Source of the DNA: a virus
Lineage: Duplodnaviria > Caudoviricetes
Direction: 5' to 3' (one strand)
DNA: 61,749 nucleotides
IMG/VR virus record: IMGVR_UViG_3300049846_002543
Coordinates: 1 to 61,749 of that record
Shown: positions 9,816 through 19,922 of the stretch, in pieces
Numbering within the stretch: the first letter of the stretch is position 1
Layout of the letters: every line of letters starts with the position of its first letter
Notes under the pieces: generated by a model
What the model saw: only the letters and a program-made list of their open reading frames with translations
Database searches by the model: none
Told to the model about the DNA's origin: nothing
Program-made: the position numbers and the translations under genes

Positions 9816-10115
9816 TTACGCGGTCAGTACGCGTATTTCGATGCCTGTAACGGTCTGTGATTCGAGCTCAGCCAACAAATCTTTGCGGTCAAGAGCGCGG
9901 GCCAGCTCCAAGGTCACTTCCGTGTACGCCCCCGTTAAGAGATTCTCACGGTACGCCTGAGCCTTAGCCATTTCGCGAGTCTCCAGATCGCCCAAGATGT
10001 TATTTTCTTCCTCATCAAAAGAAAAAGTCTGCGACATCACGCGTTGATTAGCGCAGTCGGCGATGTTCAACCAATCAGAAGAGTTCACGAAAAAGTCGCC
10101 GCTATTTCGCGACAA
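9816..10115 (-). CDS. hypothetical protein
   Basis: 99-aa ORF overlapping the endolysin stop. Confidence 0.6.
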   Translation of the reverse strand: MSRNSGDFFVNSSDWLNIADCANQRVMSQTFSFDEEENNILGDLETREMAKAQAYRENLLTGAYTEVTLELARALDRKDLLAELESQTVTGIEIRVLTA

Positions 10116-11334
10116 TAGCCCATCCAGAACCGTTTCCCTCGACCATCCAGCGGGGACTCAGATTCTTTTTCGAATACAGCCTGTACTTACCGTCGGTGCT
10201 GGGATAGCCACCATTAACAAGGTCCATTTCGCCGAAAGGATCGTGTACCCATAGCTTTGTGCCGTCCGCTGTTATACCGACCACGACGAGCCAATGCCCG
10301 CCGCCGGTGGGGCTGGACACCGAACCTTTATGAAGCACACCGATAGGGACAGGAATACCAAGCCTTAGTTGAGATTCGACTTTGGCCCAATCCCAGTTTT
10401 GGACAAACCTAGCATCGATACCGTAATGCTTTAAAGCTTGGAGCTGAGCAGAAGCTTCTGTAGTATCACCATACTTATAAACTTCGTTTATATATTCATC
10501 GTCGCTATCTATAGCGTCCGGATCCAAAGCTGCCAAGAGCATCGCGCAGCTACTACTAAAACACGTACGAAGAGGATCTTTTTTATTATCGCGCTGGCTG
10601 AAGTACGGAACTACGAGCTTAATCTCGCCGTCAAGTTTAGGAGGATTCTCCTGCACCTCAACGTCGTTTATGATCTTAAAGTGCTCGGGCCAAAACCACC
10701 ACTCAGCGTCCGGTCTGGCTTGTAGGAACACTCGTTGATGACGTTCGCCAGGGTATTGCCGAATTTCGGTCCACTCCCACGCGCTGCCCTTGGGAACGAA
10801 CAGTTTGTCCTCAGCTGCCAGCTCCGAACTTTGAATCGGACGACGTTTAAGCCAGGTATCTTCCTTGGCGTAGATCGAGCTGGCCAACTGAGGGTGCTTA
10901 GGCTTCAGCAAGAATAAAGCCTGCTCAGCTTTTCGGCGCCTTGTTAACCCTTCGACAACTTGAGTGCCGACTTTGTTCCAACGAAGAAACTCAGATGCGA
11001 CAACTAAGCGATCTGCATTGGCATTCAGAAGACGAAGAAGCGTGCTTGTCTTAAGGGCGTTTAACCCAACGTTGTAGCTAAACGAAACTAAAGCGTCGAA
11101 CTCGTTCTGGTTGATCGCAACCTTGACTAAGTTTGAGACGCCCAGTTCAAATGCGGCCACGTCGGCACGCAAGAGCGCCTCAGCCTCGGCCTTGGTGATT
11201 GTCATGCCGAGTTTGATATCCGGCCCAGTCGTACCGTACCCAATAGTCGGTACGCCGCCAATGTCCGAGTACGCCTTAAGGCGCAGACCTTCAAACTCCT
11301 TGATCAGGTCCAGACCGGTTTGTGAGAGCTTCAT
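10102..11334 (-). CDS. endolysin: GH24 lysozyme plus C39-like cysteine peptidase
   Basis: E-x8-D-x5-T triad (FEGLRLKAYSDIGGVPTIGYG) and GLTRRR; C-terminal VPYFSQRDN, CFSSSCAM, GHW, VHDP. Confidence 0.9.
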   Translation of the reverse strand: MKLSQTGLDLIKEFEGLRLKAYSDIGGVPTIGYGTTGPDIKLGMTITKAEAEALLRADVAAFELGVSNLVKVAINQNEFDALVSFSYNVGLNALKTSTLLRLLNANADRLVVASEFLRWNKVGTQVVEGLTRRRKAEQALFLLKPKHPQLASSIYAKEDTWLKRRPIQSSELAAEDKLFVPKGSAWEWTEIRQYPGERHQRVFLQARPDAEWWFWPEHFKIINDVEVQENPPKLDGEIKLVVPYFSQRDNKKDPLRTCFSSSCAMLLAALDPDAIDSDDEYINEVYKYGDTTEASAQLQALKHYGIDARFVQNWDWAKVESQLRLGIPVPIGVLHKGSVSSPTGGGHWLVVVGITADGTKLWVHDPFGEMDLVNGGYPSTDGKYRLYSKKNLSPRWMVEGNGSGWAIVAK

Positions 11335-11340
11335 GCTCTA

Positions 11341-11739
11341 TCAGACCACGTAGGCTTGCAAGCGATATTCAGTTTCGCTGCGACCCTTGCGATACACATA
11401 CACGGTGGCAGTATCGCTGGAACTGACGCTGTATGCCACGCCGGCGCCGGACCTCCGGGTCGTTTTAGGTGCGTCGATTTCGCCGGCTAAAGTCCCATCG
11501 GCTTTATAGACCGCAATTCCGGACACACCGAAAGCTTCAGGGTCTAAATAAACCGTGGCTACGCCGGTAGCACCGTAGGTCAGCTCATACACGTCGGCCA
11601 GACCCAGACCGCCGTCAGCCGCAAAAGTGCGGTAGCTATCCACGGTGACGTTCGAACCGTCATCGGTGCGGAATTGACCGAAGCGGGTAATACCGGCGGG
11701 TGCTGCACCGAGTTCGCGATTAAACGTGGCTTCGGCCAT
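11341..11739 (-). CDS. putative virion structural protein
   Basis: 132-aa ORF, Gly/Ala/Thr-rich beta-type composition. Confidence 0.55.
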   Translation of the reverse strand: MAEATFNRELGAAPAGITRFGQFRTDDGSNVTVDSYRTFAADGGLGLADVYELTYGATGVATVYLDPEAFGVSGIAVYKADGTLAGEIDAPKTTRRSGAGVAYSVSSSDTATVYVYRKGRSETEYRLQAYVV

Positions 11740-11786
11740 TTCTGACGGGTAATTCTATCTATATAAACTTTAGCAGCTAGAAAAAA

Positions 11787-13667
11787 CTACGTAGTGGAGT
11801 CGGTAATTAACCCGTAATTCGCAAGAGCGGTTAGCAGGTTAGTCAGCGCTACGTTGCCGCCCTTAGCCCCAGTAATCGTCGGCTTAAGAATTGCCGATGC
11901 TCCGTGGAAACCGAGAACACCAGAAGCGGCAATTAAACTCACACCGCCAAAACTATTACCCAAGACGACAGAGCCGTTTCCTTTGCTATTTAGGCGAAGA
12001 TTAATACTAGCGGACGAACCTTCTGAGAATACCGAAACATCGGCGCCGCTGTCAGACCGTAAAACAGGGTAATTTACAGCGCTAGATGCGGCCTGAAACA
12101 CAGTAGAAACAGAACCGCCGGCAGAAGCGGCAAGCACACCCGAGGCAGCACTATAAAGACCAGTTTGGCTGTCTCCTATGAAAGAGTAACTAGGAGTGAG
12201 ATTAGATCCGGCAAGAGCAAGATTAACAGGTTGCGAACCGGGGAATCCGTTAAAGATGTTACCGGTGCCGACCAAAATTTTATCCGCCGTCTTATTGCCT
12301 CCTATGTTATTAGCTGAGTAGTAGTTATTGTTTGAGGTTCCTTGCTCAAGAACACCATAATTTTGAGTCTTAGGCGTCTGCAAGTCAAAACAAGTATTAG
12401 AAATAACGTGAGTTGAACCTGTCGAATTTAGACGGATGCCGCTGCTATCAGCACTTCCGTTAGAACGATTGTTATTTACACATGTGTTATTTACAATCTG
12501 CAGCCACAGGCAAGACAGTGCATAAATACCAGAGCCGTTGTTAGCGGTACACTTGTTACCGCTAATTGTCAGGTTAGATACTGCGTCTAAGAAAATGCCG
12601 TCGAAGTCAGCAAGATCAATAACGTTGTTATTTATATTAGAGAATACACTAGAGTTAGCTACGCTAATTCCATATTGTCCGCACTCCCGTATGGTATTGC
12701 TCTCAACTGTGTTATAGGACGCACTATCTAAGCGAATACCGGAAATACTCTGACTAACACAAGTATTACCTACAACAGTGCAGAAGTTAGCACCGGCTTG
12801 CAGAAGAATACCGAGCTTACCGTTAGTGCAGGTATTACCTACAAAACTAACGTAATCAGCGTTATAAGCAAACAGACAGGCGTTGGTTCCTCCGAGATCT
12901 AATTGATTAACGGTGTTGCCGGTTACGGAAACAGAGTAGCTGTCGATATCAATTAAAATGCCGTAAATATCGTTGCTAAGCAGAACGTTGCCTGTGTAAG
13001 CAACATTCCGCTGTACCCCGCCGGCCACTCCGACTTCGTTGCCGATAAACGTACATCCGGTTACGGTGAGTCCGTCCACGCCGGGCAGGATGTTCGCCGG
13101 TTGAACCGGTCCGCTGCCAGCCATCAAGCCGACATAAGCATTGCTTACGAACTGACAGTTTTCAACGCGGACACTGTTTAGCGTCTTTCCAGCAACTGCC
13201 CCGACATACAGACCGTTGTAATAGCGGTAGCTGAGATCCGTTCCTGGAGGTGATACAGTTCCCTTGTTACCTTTAAAAGTCAGCCCGCGAATAAGATATC
13301 GCTCACCCGAAACCAACTCGGCAACGTTCTTATCGGTAACACCATCCGCAAGCTGAATAACAGCCGAGTCCGACACAAAACTCAACCGAGTTTTATTCTG
13401 TGAAGTTCCCGAAAGATAAATACCTGTAGTCAGATAGGTACCATCAGGAAAATATAAACAATCTCCGGCCGATAAGCTATCAATAGCAGTTTGTATGCTG
13501 GCAGTATCGTCGGTCACGCCGTCGCCCACGGCGCCAAAGTCTTTTACGCTAATAGTATCTTGAAGTTTGTCCTCCAGTTGGCGATTAACGGCGCCAGTTC
13601 CAGGAGCAAGGTAAATAATAGAGTCGGTATCAATACCAGGGACCGCCTTAAAATTGCGAGCGACCAT
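11787..13667 (-). CDS. tailspike / right-handed beta-helix depolymerase-like protein
   Basis: SVKDFGAVGDGVTDDT (pectate lyase 3-like) followed by many PbH1-type repeats; likely start ATG 13667. Confidence 0.85.
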   Translation of the reverse strand: MVARNFKAVPGIDTDSIIYLAPGTGAVNRQLEDKLQDTISVKDFGAVGDGVTDDTASIQTAIDSLSAGDCLYFPDGTYLTTGIYLSGTSQNKTRLSFVSDSAVIQLADGVTDKNVAELVSGERYLIRGLTFKGNKGTVSPPGTDLSYRYYNGLYVGAVAGKTLNSVRVENCQFVSNAYVGLMAGSGPVQPANILPGVDGLTVTGCTFIGNEVGVAGGVQRNVAYTGNVLLSNDIYGILIDIDSYSVSVTGNTVNQLDLGGTNACLFAYNADYVSFVGNTCTNGKLGILLQAGANFCTVVGNTCVSQSISGIRLDSASYNTVESNTIRECGQYGISVANSSVFSNINNNVIDLADFDGIFLDAVSNLTISGNKCTANNGSGIYALSCLWLQIVNNTCVNNNRSNGSADSSGIRLNSTGSTHVISNTCFDLQTPKTQNYGVLEQGTSNNNYYSANNIGGNKTADKILVGTGNIFNGFPGSQPVNLALAGSNLTPSYSFIGDSQTGLYSAASGVLAASAGGSVSTVFQAASSAVNYPVLRSDSGADVSVFSEGSSASINLRLNSKGNGSVVLGNSFGGVSLIAASGVLGFHGASAILKPTITGAKGGNVALTNLLTALANYGLITDSTT

Positions 13668-13747
13668 AACTAACTGCCGGCGTAGTTTAATTATACCCGA
13701 GACATACGAAGGGCGTCTTAAACTTAAGTACACAACAAGCAAGAGAA

Positions 13748-14056
13748 ATGAAAAAATACGCTGTGTTTAACGCGTTAATTTATGAACTTCTAATAGGGCT
13801 AATTGAGGTATGGCCAAGGCTAAAACTAAACCCGTGGGTTCGTGCGGCACTAAATTGGTGCCGGCATGACTGGGTCGAGTGGCGCACGGAACAGACCCTG
13901 AAGGATGTGGACCGACAGGCGCAGGAAATTGTAAAAGAGTGGGAGGCGCAGGAAAAACCCAAGTACGAAATAATTGAGCACGAACCCGATGGGTCGAGAG
14001 CTCAGGACTTGTTGGGCGGCACCATGGAAATCAAATCGACCTGGCGTAGGGACTGA
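13748..14056 (+). CDS. hypothetical protein
   Basis: 102-aa ORF with a purine-rich upstream region. Confidence 0.7.
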   Translation: MKKYAVFNALIYELLIGLIEVWPRLKLNPWVRAALNWCRHDWVEWRTEQTLKDVDRQAQEIVKEWEAQEKPKYEIIEHEPDGSRAQDLLGGTMEIKSTWRRD

Positions 14057-14081
14057 CTAAGTCATCGGTATGCTGAATAGC

Positions 14082-14136
14082 GATAGAGCCTGAGCCTCTG
14101 ATTCGTCCTGATGCGACGTTTTACGCTCAGGCCATC
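14082..14136 (+). ncRNA. candidate structured RNA hairpin
   Basis: GCCTGAGC/GCTCAGGC stem with an inner CGTC/GACG hairpin, just downstream of a TATGCT -10-like box. Confidence 0.3.
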
Positions 14137-14257
14137 ACCCTATCCTCGCTCCTCCGGAGCTGCGGTACGCCAAAACACATAACTTCCATACCGCACTATC
14201 CGCACACCTACTTTTAACCTGCTGGACCTAAACTATAAATATCCCGCTAGGACTCCA

Positions 14258-14446
14258 ATGTCCAACACCATCAACCTTCTCGTTAATCACTGGGCCGACA
14301 TCATTGCCGTTGGCGCTGCCGTGCACGGTTTAGCCCTAGTTATCGTCAACTTAACTCCCTCAGAAACCGATAACAAGATATACAACAGGGTGTACAAAGT
14401 GATCGAAGTTGCTGCTGGTCTGATAACTAAAATCGCTAAAAAGTAA
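14258..14446 (+). CDS. small membrane protein (holin candidate)
   Basis: N-terminal TM segment, LTPSETD motif, basic C-terminus. Confidence 0.55.
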   Translation: MSNTINLLVNHWADIIAVGAAVHGLALVIVNLTPSETDNKIYNRVYKVIEVAAGLITKIAKK

Positions 14447-14457
14447 ACCAACTCGGG

Positions 14458-14736
14458 TCAGCTAGATTCTTCTATCTGGCTGACCTTTTGAACAAATCCC
14501 TCCCTTAAAGTGCGTAGCTCCGACATCACGAGGGCATCCAACTTATTTTCGAATCTACACAGCGATTGATCAACTTTATCAAACGCTGTATTCATATCGT
14601 CTTTGGTTGCGAAGTCCTCAGCTAATCGAATCTCCAGCCGATCCACGCGGTCATTAACATCCGAAAACCGCTTCCAAGTAAGGCCCGCGCCACTAAGCAC
14701 CGTGGAGACGACCAACGTTAACAACCATTCCGGCAT
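14458..14736 (-). CDS. membrane-anchored coiled-coil protein
   Basis: N-terminal TM helix followed by a heptad region. Confidence 0.65.
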   Translation of the reverse strand: MPEWLLTLVVSTVLSGAGLTWKRFSDVNDRVDRLEIRLAEDFATKDDMNTAFDKVDQSLCRFENKLDALVMSELRTLREGFVQKVSQIEESS

Positions 14737-14772
14737 CGGTCAAAATCATCTCCAACTCTATTTTATAAGTAT

Positions 14773-15168
14773 TTAGGCTGCCTCGTTTCCTGCGTGTGGC
14801 GGTAATAGCGGCACCGAACATAGCTCTTCGTATTGTTTAGCCGAGTCAGATTCGTCGTGATCGCGATTAACCCACTCTAAAATTTTTAACTCTCTTTCGT
14901 GTTCCCAAAACAGCTGTGTTCTATACCATTCACACCACTCAATATTAGATTTTTTAAGATTACAACAACCGCACGAAGGTATAAGATTAGCCCTTGTCGT
15001 TGTGCCTCCGCGCGATTTTGGTACTACATGATCCAAAGTTTGGGGGTCTTTTTTTCCGCAGTACGCACACTCGTGATCCCACGCGGCAAAAATATCTTTT
15101 CTAAATCGCTTACGCGCGGTAGATCTAGATAAACACTGTAGCTCAAAAATAAGATCAAGTTCCGTCAC
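14773..15168 (-). CDS. HNH endonuclease
   Basis: CAYCG...TLDHVVPKSRGG...NLIPSCGCCNLKK. Confidence 0.9.
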   Translation of the reverse strand: MTELDLIFELQCLSRSTARKRFRKDIFAAWDHECAYCGKKDPQTLDHVVPKSRGGTTTRANLIPSCGCCNLKKSNIEWCEWYRTQLFWEHERELKILEWVNRDHDESDSAKQYEELCSVPLLPPHAGNEAA

Positions 15169-15227
15169 AAAGTATGTGAGGTTGATCTTATTATAGAGGA
15201 TAAAAATAAAGCAGTGTTAATTAAAAA

Positions 15228-15740
15228 TTAATTAACAAGGAGAATTGGAGGTTGAATCTCAACTTCAAGTTCAGACGTGCTAATGGCTCGCCCCACACGA
15301 ACGGAGGCGCCGTACTGGTTAAGGCCAGAAGCGAGAATTACACCAGACCCCGTAGCATACAATGTAATCTGACCTTTATATTTAGACAAGAAGTAATCCT
15401 GGCCAGGTATTAATTGAGACCCTGCGGTAATGTTGTCACCGTCAACAACGACGACTCCATCTAAATTGACCTGGACTTCAGTGCCGGCCGTAGCAGAGGT
15501 GGCTGCAACACCAATAGGGTAATAGAAATTCGAATCGACGCCGCTCAGGGCTGTGGCTTTTACAGCAACTCCAGCGCCGCTAGCGTAAACAACATCGCCC
15601 TGTATGAGATTCTCGCCCGCAAATAAGACGTAAGGTGAAGTGTAATTAGATGTAATTCCGCCGCCGTTAATTAACCAGACTTCACTACCGCTCGAATCGA
15701 AGCTGGTGTATGACCTGTTAAAAATGTTCCGGTCGGTCAC
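15228..15740 (-). CDS. virion structural protein (cement/decoration-like)
   Basis: AGENLIQGDVV...IGVAATSATAG pattern; paralogous to 17635..18111. Confidence 0.6.
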   Translation of the reverse strand: MTDRNIFNRSYTSFDSSGSEVWLINGGGITSNYTSPYVLFAGENLIQGDVVYASGAGVAVKATALSGVDSNFYYPIGVAATSATAGTEVQVNLDGVVVVDGDNITAGSQLIPGQDYFLSKYKGQITLYATGSGVILASGLNQYGASVRVGRAISTSELEVEIQPPILLVN

Positions 15741-15769
15741 GCTGTTAAAAATCTAGTAATTCCAGTTTA

Positions 15770-16450
15770 TCAAGGAAAAGTGTTCAAATCGGAGCGTTTC
15801 CAGGTATTAGTGGCGACGCAGACATACAAGTAATTAGAGTCCCATGCTATCTGACCTGGAGTACCGGTGTCACTCGATGAACTGGGAGTCTTAGAAGTTT
15901 GAATCTGGAAGTTATTGCCTTCCACGCGGACAAAATCAGGTGTGACCGCCAGTTTTCCTACACCGCTAACCGCGACTCCGACGAAATACTGACCGGAACC
16001 ATAAATACCTCCGACGCCAAAGCGAATACCTGGCGCTGCAGACGTGCCGCCGCTGGCAACGATAGTTCCTCGCATCGTCCCGCCGGCCAAGGGCAACGAA
16101 GCCGTGCCTACACCCAAGGCCGCGTTGCCGGATGCAAGGGCGGTGGCCCCCAGAGCAAGAGCGGCGTTACCCGAACTAAGCGCTACGGCGGCAAAGGCGA
16201 TACCTGCGTTGCCTGACGCCTGAGCGCGACCGTCAATGCCTAACTTATTGTCGGCGGAAAAATATAAACCGCTCGGATTTAGGACTAAAGCTACGTCTAA
16301 TCTAGGATTACTACCAAAAGTACCTCCCCCGACTAAACCGCTACCCGCGACGATCTGCTGGCTCTGATATAGCGCACCGTCGATATTATCGCCTAGGGGA
16401 AGCTCTGAAGAAACTCCACTAAGATAAACAAGAGGCCGACGAGTAGCCAT
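15770..16450 (-). CDS. short fibre/tail protein
   Basis: LPLAGGTMRG and C-terminal GTPGQIAWDSNYLYVCVATNTWKR fibre motifs; N-terminus resembles that of 5035..7719. Confidence 0.75.
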   Translation of the reverse strand: MATRRPLVYLSGVSSELPLGDNIDGALYQSQQIVAGSGLVGGGTFGSNPRLDVALVLNPSGLYFSADNKLGIDGRAQASGNAGIAFAAVALSSGNAALALGATALASGNAALGVGTASLPLAGGTMRGTIVASGGTSAAPGIRFGVGGIYGSGQYFVGVAVSGVGKLAVTPDFVRVEGNNFQIQTSKTPSSSSDTGTPGQIAWDSNYLYVCVATNTWKRSDLNTFP

Positions 16451-16575
16451 TTACGACCTAATACCTAATGTAATTCTATCAAACAAAATTTAGCTAATTA
16501 CGCAAACGGACGGCGAACCAAAAAACAAACTATACTAAGTAATTAAAAATATAACAACGCAAGTAACGAGAACAA

Positions 16576-17091
16576 TCAGCCCCTACTAAGCACTAAAAGA
16601 CCATTATTGTGCTCGAACTGCTTTAAAACCTGCCAGTGTGGATTAGAGCTCAAAAATTGATTTATAGCCGGCAAAAGTTGAGAAGCGTAGGAAACAGTAT
16701 CGTGAAAAACTAAATACTTAGAGGGTTTATTACCGTGCAAAGCGAGTTCTAGACTAAGACACTCATAAGTGTGATCAGTGTCAATAAAAAGCATATCTAT
16801 ACCGTCGTCTAAAGTAACATCAAAAGAAGAACCTCGAATTAGTTGGCAATTTACTCCGTCTTCTTCTCCGTCTTTAAAGATCCGAAGCGCTTCTGGCGAA
16901 AGTTCGATGTCGTAACTTTTTAAGCTGTCGGGCCGGGCAGCAATAAGAGCCGTGCTACTAAGCGCATAACGAACTCCCAGCTCAACCACGGAGTGACAGC
17001 GCCCGGCGAGAGAATACAGAGCGACAAGGTGCTCATTAATATCAGAGGGAGTTTCAACGGCATCCAAAAAGTTGGTTACTGTTTTTGACAT
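16576..17091 (-). CDS. class I SAM-dependent methyltransferase (Methyltransf_24-like)
   Basis: VVELGV motif I, LFIDTDHTY, VFHDT, HNNGLLVL. Confidence 0.85.
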   Translation of the reverse strand: MSKTVTNFLDAVETPSDINEHLVALYSLAGRCHSVVELGVRYALSSTALIAARPDSLKSYDIELSPEALRIFKDGEEDGVNCQLIRGSSFDVTLDDGIDMLFIDTDHTYECLSLELALHGNKPSKYLVFHDTVSYASQLLPAINQFLSSNPHWQVLKQFEHNNGLLVLSRG

Positions 17092-17151
17092 ACCCGAAAA
17101 AAATCTATCCCTATACTAACATAGGGACTCGCTTAGCTTAGTTATTAGCGT

Positions 17152-17631
17152 TTAAGCGAACGTATCGCCGTAACGAACGATGGTATACCGGGTCGACGCA
17201 CTGCTATTAGAGAACGTCTGAAGGACGCCGCTGTTGTTAGCAAAAGTGCCGCTGTACGTACAAAGAACGCCGCTTGTGTAAAGAACGGCATACTCCGTAA
17301 TAGTCGTAACAGCCCCGTTTTGAACTAAGTGTACTTCGCTTGTTTGAACTTCTCGGCCACGCTTGGCTTTGATGTAGTATCGAGCCGAATCTAAGAGGCC
17401 GCTGCCAAAAACATCAAGAGTGGTTCCGGCCGTCGTTGTTGTCGTGACAGGGTTTAAATACGCGGTTTGGAAATACGGGTAGCCCGTATAGCGAGCATCC
17501 AGACCACTAATTGTTACCCGCTTGTTACGAGCGGAAGTAACCGGCTCGATTGGGTCGACGACAGGCAGATAAATATATCCGCTGGGAGAAGGACCAATGT
17601 CCGAAAAAGCCGAAATTTTACGGTTGGTCAC
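17152..17631 (-). CDS. virion structural protein
   Basis: MTNRKISAF N-terminus; C-terminal domain homologous to the three repeats in 18263..19903. Confidence 0.65.
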   Translation of the reverse strand: MTNRKISAFSDIGPSPSGYIYLPVVDPIEPVTSARNKRVTISGLDARYTGYPYFQTAYLNPVTTTTTAGTTLDVFGSGLLDSARYYIKAKRGREVQTSEVHLVQNGAVTTITEYAVLYTSGVLCTYSGTFANNSGVLQTFSNSSASTRYTIVRYGDTFA

Positions 17632-17634
17632 AAC

Positions 17635-18111
17635 TCAAGCATTCTCTAAAAGTATTTTAGAGCCGTCTTCGGCTACTAAGTATTCTATCAGAGGAGATTG
17701 ATCTTCCGTTAGCAACGCCGACTCAGTGCTTGCCGTTAGAACACCTTCTTCAATCTCGATTTTTAAAACACCAGCGCCTAGTGCTGTTCCTACTTGGGTA
17801 ACATAGAAAGGATCAAAGAAGTCTACATACCCAGAAGCAACATTATTAAAATCAGTTGTTACTATACCAGAGCCGTGAATAGAAAGATAAACAGGCTTAT
17901 TTATGCTCATGCCTGCTGTACTAACCGAGGCATAGTCAGTTAGAACAATTCGAACCCGAGCTCCGGCCTCGACAGCACCATCAGATATACCTATAACCCG
18001 AGACCGGTCAGCGGAAAAGGGATTAGCGGTAACGGCGTACCCGCTGCTGTTGATTGCGACGGCTACACCGTTACCAATATATTCACCCGCAACTACAGTA
18101 CTGAACGACAC
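17635..18111 (-). CDS. virion structural protein
   Basis: AGEYIGNG...IGISDG pattern; C-terminal LLTED...LVAEDGSKILLE motif. Confidence 0.6.
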   Translation of the reverse strand: MSFSTVVAGEYIGNGVAVAINSSGYAVTANPFSADRSRVIGISDGAVEAGARVRIVLTDYASVSTAGMSINKPVYLSIHGSGIVTTDFNNVASGYVDFFDPFYVTQVGTALGAGVLKIEIEEGVLTASTESALLTEDQSPLIEYLVAEDGSKILLENA

Positions 18112-18137
18112 ACTACTAAACGATAGCTAAGTGTAGT

Positions 18138-18263
18138 TTAGCCCTTCCCTTGCCCGCGATAACGTTTTTTGCCACGCCGTTTCGGGCGAGACAGCACACT
18201 GTGACCAATAGAAGTTGTTTTTGGTTTTGATTCGATCAGTTGAGTGCTTTTGGGTTTAGCCAT
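18138..18263 (-). CDS. small basic protein (41 aa, ...RPKRRGKKRYRGQGKG), absent from the ORF track
   Basis: Translated by hand; TAATG coupling to the upstream gene; KRYRGQG ending recalls a small cyanophage protein family. Confidence 0.75.
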   Translation of the reverse strand: MAKPKSTQLIESKPKTTSIGHSVLSRPKRRGKKRYRGQGKG

Positions 18264-19903
18264 TACGGAGTTACACGATAAGGACGGAAGGTGGTCGGTG
18301 CAGCAGAGTTGCTGTAAGCGACGATGGAGACGAAATCGTCGATAACAAGACCGCTGAACGATGCCAGCGTACCCGAACTGTAAACAGCGGAGTGTTCGGA
18401 CAGATACACGTCAGACGGCGTGTGTACGATGGTGAGGTCAGATGTCTGGACTTCGCCTCCACGGTTGACATTAACCGTAATGGTTTTCGTGCCGGAGGCT
18501 TGGACGGGATATTGATCGATAAGAGCTTCGGATACGGACGCGGTGTAGAGCGGAATACCGGGAGGATTGCCCCAGATCACAGGGCGGTACGTTGTCGCGT
18601 CGGTCGAAGTGCTATACGCAACGATATTGACGTTGCCTCCATAAACTTCTCCGCTGAAGGTGGCTAAAGAACCGCTGGAGTACACAACAGAATGCTGTGA
18701 AACAAACCCGCTAGCAGCGGTATTAATAACGGTAAGATCCGAATTCTGGACTTCGCCGCCTCTGACAACATTAACTGAGTAAGTCTTTGTGCCCAAGAAA
18801 GTCGCGGGGTAAGAATCAATGACCAGACCAGACGCAGCTGTTGTAACAGAAGGAGTTAAATCAGTGCCACTCCAAATAATAGGACGGAACACAGTCTGAT
18901 CTATGCTGTTGCTATAACCGACCAGTTCCACAAAACCATCGACCAAACGACCGCTAAACGCAGCAAGAGTTCCGCTGGAATAAACAATCGAGTGTTCAGA
19001 AGTAAACGCATTAGATGCGTTGTTGATCAAAGTTATATCAGAATTCTGTACTTCTAAGCCTCGGCTTACAGCAATCGAATAAGTTCGGGGACCAACAGAA
19101 GTGGCCGGGTAGCTATCCAGAACAGTCGCGTTTCTTGAAACGCTGGTCACAGTAGCAGATGGAGAATCGAGGAGAGAAATCCAATCTGAGCCGTTCCAAA
19201 TCTTAATAATGCTCGTCGACTTGTCGTACCAAACCTCTCCTTCAACCACAGCGGTGGGAGGGGTGTCCCGATACGCGACAGTTCTGCGGGAAGCAGGTTC
19301 GTACCAGCCACTAGAAACAGCGTCGTATACGAGGATGTTCCCGAGTAGGGAGTTAAACCAAAGGAACCCGTCGCGAAGCGGGGCGTTGTGCCCTGTACCC
19401 GAAGGAGGAACTTCAGATTTATAAATTATTGGTTCTGCGTTTGTTTGATACCAGCTGGCAGCCGGCGCACTTCCGCCGCTCGCATAAACAAGAAGACGTC
19501 CTTGATCTTGTTTATACCAAAGAGAACCATAGTCGGGAGAAGAAGGTAGCCCGGAACCGACAAAAGGACCGGAAACACTAGATATAACGTAATAAGAGCC
19601 AGATACGGTTACTGAAGTACCTCCCTTTCCAACAATATTTAAAGCGCCGCCGCCACCGCCGCCTTGGATACCGCTTATAGAAGCATTTAAGTCCTCCAAA
19701 GCTCTTACTAGGCCATTGAAATTGGCTTCGTAACCGTACGGACACCGAGTATACGTAGTTGTGCCCACTCCGCTTACCGTGGCTAGTAGTTGTTCGAGGA
19801 CTTCGACCGCACCCTGGAAACTTTCCTCATGTAAAGCTCTGGGAAAAGCGCCATGTACAGGGCATGGCGGGTTGTTGACTTCTGCGGGCATCAGGTACAG
19901 CAA
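18263..19903 (-). CDS. virion structural/fibre protein with three tandem ~95-aa domains
   Basis: Gly6 hinge, GxxW(Y/F) fibre motifs, three DxYP...RGxEVQxSD...VYSSGxL..FSG repeats. Confidence 0.75.
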   Translation of the reverse strand: MLYLMPAEVNNPPCPVHGAFPRALHEESFQGAVEVLEQLLATVSGVGTTTYTRCPYGYEANFNGLVRALEDLNASISGIQGGGGGGALNIVGKGGTSVTVSGSYYVISSVSGPFVGSGLPSSPDYGSLWYKQDQGRLLVYASGGSAPAASWYQTNAEPIIYKSEVPPSGTGHNAPLRDGFLWFNSLLGNILVYDAVSSGWYEPASRRTVAYRDTPPTAVVEGEVWYDKSTSIIKIWNGSDWISLLDSPSATVTSVSRNATVLDSYPATSVGPRTYSIAVSRGLEVQNSDITLINNASNAFTSEHSIVYSSGTLAAFSGRLVDGFVELVGYSNSIDQTVFRPIIWSGTDLTPSVTTAASGLVIDSYPATFLGTKTYSVNVVRGGEVQNSDLTVINTAASGFVSQHSVVYSSGSLATFSGEVYGGNVNIVAYSTSTDATTYRPVIWGNPPGIPLYTASVSEALIDQYPVQASGTKTITVNVNRGGEVQTSDLTIVHTPSDVYLSEHSAVYSSGTLASFSGLVIDDFVSIVAYSNSAAPTTFRPYRVTP

Positions 19904-19922
19904 CCCCTCCTAACTCAGTATT

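Noticed and set aside
15770-16450. Diversity-generating retroelement target
   Set aside because: No reverse transcriptase and no template/variable repeat pair seen in the window.
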